This document shows positions 33,101 to 44,500 of a stretch of DNA of 64,000 bases, one piece after another (position 1 is the stretch's first letter; every line of letters begins with the position of its first letter). The stretch comes from Klebsormidium nitens. Taxonomy: Eukaryota > Plantae > Klebsormidiophyceae. The stretch is from positions 41,079-105,078 of the forward strand of contig DF237262.1 in NCBI GenBank assembly GCA_000708835.1, in the 5' to 3' direction. The notes beneath the pieces are model-generated. The model worked only from the letters and a program-made list of their open reading frames with translations, was not told where the DNA came from and did not search any database. A program made the translations under genes and the position numbers.

Positions 33101-36100
33101 TTGGAGACAGTTTCGGCGGGCGAGATTTGATGCAATCGATTGACGAGTGGGGGCTGCCGGAGGGGGGCGAATCACCCCCTGGAGTACATTACAGAGTAGA
33201 GGAAGACGAGCGTGTTGCTCAGATTGCGGAGGCTCAACCCCCCAGCTCGAGCACTCAGAACGGGCGCAGCCGATTTCGGGACAGCGAGCAATGGGAGGAC
33301 GATGCGGGCTTCTCAAACGGGGGGGTCGAAGCGCCTGCTGCCCTGCCCCCGCCAGCAGCACAGAGGCAGCCAGAAAGAGTCAGCGGGCAGTCGGCAGAGG
33401 CTGTAGTGCCCGGCAGAGGCCCCCCGGGCAAGGGCAGGGCTGCTGCGGGGGTGCCCGGTGAATCCCCCCGGGTGTCTGCCTTGGTGAAGAACGTTTTCCT
33501 TGGGGAAGCGAAAAAGCCGGCGCTGCGGAAGGGGGCGACCCAGAGCAACGAGCCGGACTTGGCTGGTGAGCGAATCGTTCTCGACTCTTTGGGTGGGTTG
33601 TCTAAGACTTCTCGGATGATTCGCGTGATTATGAATAGGGACTTCCGTTATCCTGAGAGTGGGTTCCACCATAGAAGAGGCATTGTAGGAAACCTTTCTT
33701 CCAGCATCCGAAAGACTTCGAGTAACTTGAGTGGTATGTCAACAGAAACTTCTGTTATATCATTACTGAGTTCCACCATCTAAAGAGGGGAGACGTTGCT
33801 TCCGGATAGATGGAGAATGGTAGCTCAGAAGGGCCAGAAAGCTGAAAAGTTGGGTTTCCGAATCGGTCACAACACTGGTAGATCCTGCCCTATCACGCAA
33901 CCGAAACGGCTTAGAAAATGGCGACCCTGCATCGAGAACCAACGCTGCAAGGTTTGAAGCTGTCTCTCAACGGAACCCGAAAACACTGGATTGTAGATCA
34001 CGACAGAGAATTTGAGGAACCATCACTCACTCTGTTTGCAGCCGACATGGCATTTCTGGAAGAGGAGAGGGCGACACTCAACCGCAAGATTCACTGATTC
34101 AAGCTTGAGGCCGTCTCTCTTTCGAAAATGCATTGAGAGTCGTCGAACTGGGATGAATTTCTCTTTTGCAACCGAGTTGGCCTTTCAGGTAAGGAGAATA
34201 TGCGGACCATCGACAGCAAGATCTAGCGCTTTGAGCTTCGAAGCGATTCGATCCCAAAAGATGCAAGAAAAAAGTAAATCTGGAGTTGACTCCTCTTATT
34301 TGCAGCCGAGATGGCGTTTCTGAAGGAGAAGATGGCGACACTAGGCAAGCGCTTCAAGCTCCGAAGCAATTTCGTACACGAAAGATGCAATGAAAGTCGT
34401 AAAAGCACAGTTGCCTCCTCACTTTTGCAGCCGAGATGGCGTTCCTGAAGGAAAAGATGGCGACTCTCGACAGCGAGATCCAGCGCTCGAAGCTTCGAAG
34501 CGACTTAACACCCAAAAACTACACCCAAAAGATGCCATGAGAAACGTAAAACTAGAGTTGACTCCTCATATTTGCAGCCGAGATGGCATTCCTGAAGGAG
34601 AAGATGGCGACCCTCGACAGCGAGATACAGCGCTTCAAGCGAGAGAACGAGAAGATGGAACGTGCCCGGCTGGAGTACGAGGCGCGTGCTGACGTGGCGG
34701 CAAAGGAGAGGGCGACCTGGGAGAAGCGCATGCAGGAGGAAGAGGAGGCCTGGAACAGGTGCACGCGGTCGCCCTTTCATTTTGAAAGGGCTCTACAGCC
34801 CTTCTCTGGTGGTGGAACCTTTTCAGTTCAGCCTTCTCTCACATTTTTCCGGTAGAGACTCATGGAGGTGTAAAAAGGGTTGAAAACGTTAGCGACAATG
34901 AGTGCTTCGGTGCTGCTTCCTCAGTTGCTTTCGAAAGTGGTCATCGTTTGGTGCCCGTTTTCTCACTGATTTCCCTGGTGGTAAAGGGTTCTCCGTTGTT
35001 CTTTCGATAGCTGGTTTGATAGTCGTTTGGGCCATTGGCGTGCAGAAAACCGGTACCCTTGCCAAGCCAAAGCGCGAGCAAGCGAAACTAGAGCACCAAC
35101 CCTGCGCAGCATTAAGCAAGACAGATCCGGACCTTCAACTGCAGTAGAGTGTCGGTTGTATGCAACAAACCCCGGAGGTCTCCATTCGTGAAACCTAGTC
35201 CGCACAAACAGGACTGGAATGAAGCTGAAGCCTAGGTCTGCCAACTTCTGCAGGAAGAAAGAAGCCGAGGCTCAAAAGCTGAAGCGCGACAAGCGCGTGC
35301 TGGAACAGCAGTCGCGAGCACTGCTGCAGCTGCCGGGGCGGAAAGCGCGCGGCGAGGCCGACGAGCTGAGGGCGCAGATTGCGGGCCTGGAGGAGGATAA
35401 GCGGGTGAGAGCGTTGAATAAGACCTTTTGTACATTTGCAGGAATGGCGGCAGCTATGCCATTAACAAGGCCGAACAGGATGGTGCCATAGCCGATGCCG
35501 TCGGCGACCTGGACGTGTAAAGAGCTCGTAAGCTATGGAGAATCTTGAAAGTGCTGCACAAGGCGGTCGAATAGACGCTGCCATGTTGAGACAAGCGTCG
35601 AAGAAGGTAGAATTTTGTTTGAGTCTCCAAAACATAGGTGTCAAGAGGGAGACCGTCTCGAGGCTGCGGCGGACCCCTTCGCAGGGTTGTTCTGACTATA
35701 GCTGGTCAACTTTGGTCGCTCAAACGAAAGACGTTTTAGAAATTTGTAGAGCTTGATTTCAGAATAAACTTACGCCGAGCTGTAACCGGGGCTTACTCAG
35801 CTAAAATCACGTTTATTAAAGTGGTTCGTTTCTGTCACAAATCCAGGTGCGGGAGGCGCGGTGGCGATTGACAGTGGACCGTTTGAAGGGGCGCGTAGAG
35901 GAGCTGACGGAGAGGAACAAGGAGTTGGAAGAGGAGGTAAGAGACCGCACCTTGGCCTTGAAATGAAACCGCCGTTTTTTTTCAGAAGACACGGCTTGGT
36001 CGCCTGATTAGCAGCTATCCCGATCTTCCTTTGTCCAATTCTCTGATTGAGAAGATCTGACCACAAAGGTATACCAGGACCTCGGGCGGATCGTAGGTTC

Positions 36101-38925
36101 GCTAGGGAGGGTCGTAGGTTCGCTAGGGAGGGGCAGTTTTGACGCTTCAAACGCAACGCTTAGAAACTTGCGCCGAAAGCGGCGAGACGAGGATACGAGC
36201 CCCCACGGGGTTTTTCCAAAGAAGAGCTGTAATGATCGATCTTAGTCCAGTTCACAACACGTTATGCTGTGCTTGACTGCCCTGACACGCTCGCTCCGTC
36301 CATACAGGTGAAGCGGCACGAGGCGCGCTGGCTCGAGCAGTGGGAGAAGCAGGACGCGCCCTCGCTGAAATCATCCAAGCCCGCCAAGTTCCAGGGGCGG
36401 CCTCAGAGCGCCGCCGTGAGAAGCACGACGGCCGCCGTTTCTGAAAGCGCACCAATCGTTCCGCTTCGGCAGTCTGCCTCAAGAAAAGAGGAGACGGCGC
36501 CTGTTAGGGGGGTGCTCAAGAGCCCTGAAAAGGGGGGGATACGGCAGAGTCGCTCGGATAGGGGGATGGTAGTCCGCGTTTCGGGGGTAGAGGGAGCGAG
36601 GACTGGCGATCTTGGTGTAAATGGGGTCCAAGAGAGGGGTGTTAACGGGGTCCAGGGGAAGAACGTGAGAAGGGACCATACCGGAGGTGTGAACGGGGCA
36701 AGTGTGAACGGGCTCTCAAGCAGGGAGGGGAATGAATTTGGTGTGAACGGGCTCCACGAGGAGAGCGCGAAGAGGGTTGACAGAAGAGGGGCGTTGCTAG
36801 ACCGTGACGACGTTGATGCGTTGCTGGACGAAGGGCGGAAGGTCAGGAATGGCGCGTTTGGTTTGGAGACGATAAATCGGGGCAAAAGCAGTGACACTTT
36901 CGACACAGGGGAGGTTGTAACCGTGCATGAGAGAAGAGTTGAGCACTCGGAAGACTTCCAGGGGCGCACGCTTGGAGAGCGACGGGTTCAGGATTCGTTT
37001 GGGACCGAAACAAGCACGTGGCAGGATCAAGGAGGGGAAATGGCCTACGATAGTGCATCGTCGGGGTTAGCGGCCCAGTATCGGGTTCGCTCAGAGGATT
37101 ACCCTGGGTTAAGGAGTGGGTTAGATGGACAAGGAGAGAACGGTTATGGGAACCGGGACGGTGAAAAGAAGAGCGTACCTGCGAGGGGTCTTGAAGTGGA
37201 AGAGGCTTCCTCGAGGGGGCGAAATGGGGCGGCAGAAAGAGGGTTGGAAGCGGGTTTGGACGAGGGTTTAGGAAACCCGTTGGAGGAAAACGGCGCCGAG
37301 AAAGAGGAAGGCGACGGCGAGTTGTTGGAAGAGATCGCGGGGGCGGCGGGCAAGGTGGAGCGAGTCTATGCCAGCGGGAAGCGCGTGGTCATCTTTGGGA
37401 ACGGGACCATTAAGGAGGTAAGAATGTGCTTCCCACCCTTCCTCTGTTTGTTTTTATCAAATTGAGAACCTTGTTCGTCTTTGGGTTAGGGGACCCCTGT
37501 TCAGATTGCGGTTTAGAAGCGGCAAGCTTCACGCACGTGATATTTGGGAACGGGACTAAGAAGGAGGTAAGGACGTGCTTCTTATCCTTCCTCTGTTTGC
37601 TCTCTTCTGGTCGAGAACCTTGTTCTTCTTTGGGTTAGGGGACTTTGTTCAGAAGGTGGTCTGTCCTAGCGGCAAGCTTCGCACATGTTGCGAGAGTCGT
37701 GCTGAGTGGTCCACTGGAACGTCACGTCCATTCATTTCACAGTTGACGCCACAGCAAATACCGGCCTTGAGCTGCTTTTGGTTACCCGACCGACGTTTTC
37801 AACGGCCAGGCTGACTGACGCTTAAGCTCACCTACCATTTGATGCCTGGGGAAATGGCTCGTTGAAGTTTCAAATCCTGATAGTCACGCTCTAGAAAATG
37901 TATCCACCGTAAACCCTCAACCAGGTCCAGCCGCCCACTTGCCATAAAATGGGCAGATGCGCCCGAGTCTGAAATACAGGATTTTTATGACGGTTCTCAA
38001 CCCATCGCATAAATGCTCTGCGCGACTACCTCAGCTTGCATCGGTTGCATCAGAGTCCCCCCAAAGGTTCAAACCGCAGCGCGAAGCAGCGTGGTTCCAA
38101 TCCGTTTCCAAGCACGTTGCCAATCTCTTTCCAAGCATGCTTCTAACCTTTCCAAGCATGTTTCCGATCTCTTTCCAAGCATGTTTCCAACCTCTTTCAC
38201 CGCAGATCCACGCGAGCGGCAAGGTGTGCATCTTCTTCACCAACGGCGACGTCAAGAACTCAGACGCCGACGGGCGCGTCGAGTACTACTACGCAGAAGT
38301 TGCCACGTGGCACACCACGTACGCGGACGGCGTCGAAGTTTTCCACTTTCCGAACGGACAGGTAGGAAACGTGTCTTTGCTGCTAATACGGACGGGCGCT
38401 TGGAAATGGGTGGGATTAGTGCAAGATTTAGGGTGATCTTCGTTTGCCGAGTGGTTCTGCTTTACTACACCTGTGCTCGGGTTTGTTATAATCAAAATCC
38501 TCAATCTTCGGTTCATCTAAGCAACATAATATCGGGTGGGTTTCGCTTCGTGCTTCCCAACGTGTCCGAGCTTTTGGGATGCTTAGCACTTGAGGGTGTA
38601 GAATCGGTCAAGCCACCTGGAAATAGGCAGACGTCTCAGATAGACACTCCGATTATCTATTGCACAATCGCAGTGTCTCAGCGGCTGTCTGAGTTTGAAC
38701 TCTCAAATGGATTTGATCTTTGAACGGAAACGCAAGGTCATAATCGAGAACCTTGTGCCAAGGGCGGCATTCAGCCATTGCCTCGTGGCTTCCAAGAAAC
38801 TCAAGATCAGGAATGCGGTGTCGCAGGTGGAACAACACGAGCCGGACGGTTCGAAGGAGATCTTCTTTCCGGACGGAGCGGTCCGGAAGGTGAATCCGGA
38901 CGGGACTGAGGAGGTGAGCGCTTGA
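30137..38925 (+). CDS. CENPJ: Centriole protein SAS-4/CPAP/CENPJ homologue with C-terminal TCP (Tcp10_C) domain, about 1,503 aa, 8 exons
   Basis: Exons 30137-32061, 32766-33565, 34578-34758, 35254-35404, 35847-35936, 36308-37417, 38206-38361 and 38827-38925 total 4512 nt in frame. Features: KRPFLKRG motif; coiled coil (EIQRFKRENEK...KLKRDKRVLE...RWRLTVDRLKGRVEELTERNKELEEE); beta-repeat TCP domain (VIFGNGTIKE-IHASGKVCIFFTNGDVKNSDADGRVEYYYAEVATWHTTYADGVEVFHFPNGQVEQHEPDGSKEIFFPDG). Confidence 0.88.
34030..34500 (+). repeat. Four decaying tandem copies of the acceptor and 5' end of SAS-4 exon 3
   Basis: TTTGCAG|[34 protein letters not shown].. recurs with the acceptor ending at 34041, 34171 (AG mutated to AA), 34305 and 34430, before the real acceptor at 34577. 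Periods are 130, 134, 125 and 147 bp. Confidence 0.93.
36091..36132. repeat. 21-bp direct tandem duplication in SAS-4 intron 5
   Basis: TCGTAGGTTCGCTAGGGAGGG occurs twice in tandem. Confidence 0.85.
37515..37690 (+). repeat. Tandem duplicate (about 149 bp) of the 3' end, donor and intron start of SAS-4 exon 6, plus a partial third copy
   Basis: GTGATATTTGGGAACGGGACTAAGAAGGAG|gtaagg..CCTTCCTCTGTTTG..GAGAACCTTGTTC.TCTTTGGGTTAGGGGAC mirrors 37386-37495. Decoy donor at 37567. Confidence 0.9.
38104..38195. repeat. Short degenerate tandem repeat (TTTCCAAGCATG core, about 21-23-bp period) before the SAS-4 exon 7 acceptor
   Basis: Four TTTCCAAGCAYG units immediately upstream of the acceptor at 38205. 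Confidence 0.75.
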
Positions 38926-39482
38926 CAAGTGGCAGTCATCCGAGACGTGTTCGAAGCTGTAACGCTGGCTGTCTGCTAGGACCGAAAGCAGCTGAAGAAT
39001 GTTTGAAAAGTTCACGCTACCTCCGCTAAGCATCTCGATGAAGGCAACAAGGTTGCCTTCTTCGGTCATATATAGGAGTTTTGCGTATTGTCCTGAGGAA
39101 CTTACCTTTTCATGGAACGCCCATAGGTTCGACAAAAACCAGCAAGGAACAAGCGAAGGCACTTCTTTGCGTAGCACTTCTGCATCTCGTTTCGTTGCTC
39201 AGGACCCCTGTTGCCAGCTTCAATCACTCGGGGGAGCAGTGAATGGGGGAACTCATTTCCGGGCGTGCGTCATCTAGAGTGTCCAATCGTGACATGTGGC
39301 AAGGTTTAGAGTGCGAACTCATGGGCTCTCTGCAGAACGTAGGGCCCTCATCTGCATTCCATCTCTTCTGTGTAAAACTGAAGTCTTGCAATCATGGCCC
39401 GTTCCTTCTGTCGCGGATTATCTCGTTTAGACATCGTTTTACGATGTGTTCACGACTGTTCAGTTGTTCTTGAACGGAAACA

Positions 39483-40184
39483 TCAGCTCCTCAGATGCTG
39501 GGTTCTTTGTTGCTCCAGGACGTCGCCCCCCTCGATTGAACGGCGCCGCCATTCAGCCCGTTCAAGTTCCCGGAAGATGACGTCAGCATCTGACGTCAGT
39601 GGCTTTGATGGTAAGTGGGTTGTGCCCAAGTTACTGCTAAGTGGCTGGAAGAGCCACAGTTGCAAAAGACGACCCTTTGCTTGTTCCGAAAAGCATATAC
39701 TTCTTTGCCCTTGCTTGCTTTCTACCACTGACGTTGAGCTTGGGGGTCAATCTGAACCAGCAGCTTGTCCCCAGATTCTGTTCGAAACATTTGGCAAGTT
39801 TTAGTGTTGGTTACATTCTTTTACGAAGCTGTCTTCATTCTATTCCCAATAATTGTTGCATTCGCCATCGGTTCTGCTTGTTACAGAGTTCTGCATTGAA
39901 AGTCTGTTTAGGGTGGAAACTCAGCTAGATCTGTACACTTTGTCGAGATCGACCGTTATCTAGCTCGGCTGACTGCTCTTCAATACAACTTGATTTCCGA
40001 ACCCCCTGACTCACTTTTCGAGCTTTTCTAGGTTGGTGACGTCTTCTGGGTTGCGCCCCGGCCAGTGAGTCTACTCCATGCGCCCTTTCGCCGGATGTGG
40101 TGACGTCAGTCAGCGGACCCATAAAGCGGGGCGTGCTCAATCCGGGGACTCGCTTGGTCATCTTGGCCGGTCGTTGACGGCGTC
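39483..40184 (-). CDS. Candidate terminal exons of an unidentified small gene
   Basis: Exons 40184-40015 (cag|..|gtgagt) and 39644-39483 (ccag|..TGA) are phase-compatible and give ...PRKARK-PLSSNLGTTHLPSKPLTSDADVIFRELERAEWRRRSIEGGDVLEQQRTQHLRS*. No start exon and no family were identified. Confidence 0.3.
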
Positions 40185-41532
40185 CTGGCGACAACCTTTA
40201 CCACTGCGGCGGCCTCCGATATGCCCCTCGCTCTAGCTCCACAGTCATTGAAAATGGGTCGAACTTATTGATTTCGGTAATAGATGATTTATATTGACCT
40301 CCAATGAAACGCTGTGAAATTAGATCAAGGAGACGAGTTGCAACTTTATAGCCCAGTGCTCTGACGGCTATAAAGTGAGGCTAGCAAACTGATCATGAGA
40401 CGTTGAAGCTCAATCCAGTATTAGGAGATTGATGCTATCAAATGTACCTCCAAAGTCTCCAGATGGATCTTAAGAGGCCTAGCCTTCAAACGGGGCAGAT
40501 TACAATTAAGCTTCTGCAATTTTCCTAGCTCGTCATATCGAGCTTTAATGCCTGCCGGAGTACGATCTGCATGCATGCAGGCAACTTGACCGTTTCTGTG
40601 ATCAAGCTGAATCCTCCACCAATGAAAGCCACTGAATCCAGCGTCAGAATCATTGCAGTACGTATAATAGCAAATACGCCATGATATATATGAGCATGTG
40701 ATCCAGTGCGTGGTGATTGTTTTGCGATCGAGAGCCAGGAACTTATATGGTTGAAGCATGACTCAGGCATCCAGAAATAGGAAGTGACAGCTAGCCTGAA
40801 TCCAGATGTATAGGTCATGAAAATTGTCGAAATTCAGCGCCCCTCACATGAGCGCATGCCCGACTGCAATTATTGAATTCAGGTGCAATTCTTATACGGA
40901 GCACATGCAATATCGACCGAAGCTACCGTCAGGGATTTTCCTACGATCCCATGAGCTACTTGGATTAGGTGCTTCAAGTTTGGGCATGCGTGACAAACTC
41001 GTTTGGCTGGATCCGCTACGGACTAAACAATTGCATGAGAGCGAAGAGTAACGTACACCAATGCTCTCACATACTATAATAGACGGCCTGAGCTTCTCAT
41101 TTCGGACTACCTTCGCTGACCGATCTCATTGCTTTGCAATATTTGTTTAGTCTCCGGCCTATGTCTAGCTAATCCAGCCTGTGGGTCCGCCTTGATCAGG
41201 TGACGTGACATCTTCAGAAGTGACGTCATATCCTTATGGTCCGATGATCGCAAAGCAGCTGGGTCTACTTTGCCTCATAAGCAATTCAGAAATGTATGGT
41301 ACAATCCTAGACCAGCAAAAGCCCAGAGTCAATTCCTGTGACGGAACCCTCCTCGTTGATTCGAGGATGCTCCGATCATGAGACTACTCGCTTTCTCGCC
41401 GCACAATAACCTCTCTAGTACTTTTGTCACACTAGCTAAGAATCGTCAATCCCTATGCGAATTCACCCCGCGCTCTGGTAATCGTTCATACTGTAGTAGC
41501 CCCTTACACGTGGCGCATCGAAGCAGCCGACC

Positions 41533-44500
41533 TCACGTGAGGGATTCCCCTTGAGTTTCATAGTCGTCCTCGTACATCACCAACTTGTACACGTGTCGCA
41601 CCAGGGGAAGCTGACCCGGACTCAGCAGCGAGTCGAGCGTGGTCTGCGTGTGGTGCGACGAGTTTTCCTCGCTCTGCTGAACGTCCCGTAAGTACTGATA
41701 CACTTTTGCAAACACCTGTAAGGAAACCCATCGTACGTGATAAGCGCACTTTGACATCAGAGGAAGCGTTTCTTCCATTTCCTGGCTTACAGAGCGGGGT
41801 CAAGGAGAATCAGTAATTTCAGGACCGGGGCCGGGGACGGTGTTGGACGGCATGACGTGGCGAGGTTCAGGGGCAAAACCCTGGGCTAGGCTCGTTTCGG
41901 CCAATCGTGGACGAGAAGGACCCGGCCAAAACCCTAAACCTCGCCACGTCATGCATTCCAACAGCATCCCCGGTCCCGATCCTGAAATTACTGGTTCTCC
42001 TACTAGTTCTCCTTGACCCCGCTCTTACAGTATGCTTGTGACATTGCGCCGCTTCTTATAGCTCTCTGTTTCCCTTCAGCACAAGTCACCACTCTTGACC
42101 ACGACAACACTGCTGCCAAAACTTTCGCTACTAAAGAGGTGATCTCTGGCCAACTTGAGTAAAGGGACGAAGTCCGAGGCCTTTATATCCAGCCACGTGG
42201 CCATTCGAGTGCGGATATATTGTCAGTAAAACAGTCTTGTGGTAGATCGCAGACCGTGGGCTTGGAATCGGCTAAATGGATTTCGCGGATTCGCTCTGAA
42301 AAAGCAAGGGCCGTCATTGAGAGATTCGTTGCCGTGTCAAGAATGGGGACCCGTTTTGCCGGTCCCCCGCGGTTTTGAAAATGTTAACGTTCAGCTGGCA
42401 GGAGAGCCGTCAAACTTCGACCAAAACCTGCCCTTCAACAAAGGACACAACAAGACAGTCGCACACGACCCGTTTACAGAGTGCAAAAGCTTCCCGACGG
42501 CCGTATAAACCTCTTCAAGCAAAAGTGTTGTTCGCTTCCCCAACGGAACGTCTACATTTGATTTTCAAGCGTGTGAGAAAACTCCAGGGCAAAGGCATTC
42601 TTACCTCCCCTCCCAGTTCTTTTCGGCACATCGCTCTCAAATTTTCGATCTTGGCCCCCATGGCGCTTCTCGCCCCGTCGCCGATCATCGGCGTCATCGG
42701 CGACATGGGCACGCCAGATTCGCCCAGCAAGGTCGCCACGCGGTCCTTCCCCCCGTCTGCCACGTGTCCCTTCGTCCGGACTTTGAGCCCCGGGCTCGGC
42801 AGCTCTTCGGACGCTTTCGGACCCGCGCTACTTTCTTCCGGTCCGCTCTGTTTTATCGTCGAAACCGGCGCGCCCTCTTCCTCCGCTTCCTGGATTACAC
42901 CGAGCTCCGTCGCCGGCCCCGGGGGATCCCTCGCCTCTTCCTCTTCGGCGAGGGATCCCTTGTGGGTCCCCAAGAAATGTTGCATCGTGTGCAGGACTGC
43001 GATCAGATCCATGCCCCCCTTCACTTTCTTCCAGGAGCTGCTCAACACGTGGTGTTCCCCGTCTCCCCCCCCTCCGTTCACCGCTGTTTCCACCCCCCCT
43101 CGAGACTCTGTCTTTCCTCCCCCCCCCTTCGTTCCCCTGCTTTCCACCCCCCCGTTCGTTTCTGCGCCCCGCCCAGACCTGCCCACGTCCGCCTTCTCCG
43201 GCCCCGTGTAACCCCGCACAAAAATCTCCACCGGGAGATCTTCGGGCGACACTTTCCTGGTCCGCCCCAGCGTTTGGTCGCCCCGAGCCCCTCGAACAAA
43301 GCCCCCCCCGGCCGAGAGCGGCCGCCGCTGCGTGTCCCGTCGGATGCTTTTTCCGTACGGAGACGCTTTCAGGGTTTCCGACATCGACAAGGGTTTAGGC
43401 GAGGTTTCGCCGGCGCTCCGCGAAGTCGCGCTGAGATCGCCGGGCCGTGAACCGGTCATCAGAAGGTTGTTTCCCTTGAGCGAAAACTCGAGTTCCGGCT
43501 GCCCGGGAGCCGTTCCGGGGCGTCGAGTTCCTTCCGGGGAATGCGAGCTGAATTGGCGGATAAGCTCGGCCTTGTTTAATCGGGGCTTGGCCTGTCGCAG
43601 CGACTCTTTGTGCCGCTGCAACTGCTGTTTGGTCGCCCTCAAATCCGCCTCCCGGGCAGCTTTCCGGTCGGCCTGCTGCCGGATCAGAACCTCTTTGCGG
43701 CTCTGCCGTTCAGATTCTGGAAGAAGCGAGAAAGAGATACTTCAGAATCTGAAAAAAGGACGCGCATAGCAATCAGAATGTGACTCGCTTTAGGCTGGTC
43801 TGATTGTCTTGACATTCGGAGATAAGTCTTTGCTTGAGAAGCAAGAGCGGACCAACTCTGTGTATGAATCCGCTTAACATAAACATGGTTAGAAGTCCGA
43901 ATATATGGAACACCGCCTCGACGGAGGTTATCTTTTGGATGTGGATTCCGGTTGTTTTTTCGAGCCTGGTGGTAGATCCAAAATGGGGTGAAATTGAAGT
44001 AACTGTAAAGTGGTTTGTAGTACTTGAGAAGGTGCATTTCCAGGTCCCGTTGAGGTCTTGTTTCGAGAGTCGGGAGAAATGTGCTGTTCAAACGGTGCGG
44101 ATTGCCGGTGTTGTTCTGAGGGCGTTATACAGGGTTCATTACGGACAGTCAAGGTGTTGACTGTCGAAGTTTTGGGGTCTTGTTGGGGGCAGTGAAAAGA
44201 AGGCTTAGGGGGGCAGAAGCTGAAAATAATGGGTTGGGGGGGATTTAAAAAGCTGGAAATTTGGGGTTCAAGTGTGAATTCTGGACGTTGTGGGTTTGAG
44301 GGGATAGAAGTGCCGACAATGATGGATTAAGGGAGGGGGTTGATTGAAGTTGTGGGTTTGGGAGGAAGCGCGAAAAGCTGGAAGTCGTGGGTTGAGGGGT
44401 TTGAATCGATGGGTTTGCGGATGTATATTATGCTGGGAACACTGATGGGTTAGGAAGGAGTTTGGTGGGTTTGGAGGGGGGTAAAGGAAATGGTTTGAGG

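Noticed and set aside
42239-43769. Plus-strand ORFs overlapping NEK exon 10
   Set aside because: Antisense shadows of the GC-rich NEK exon.
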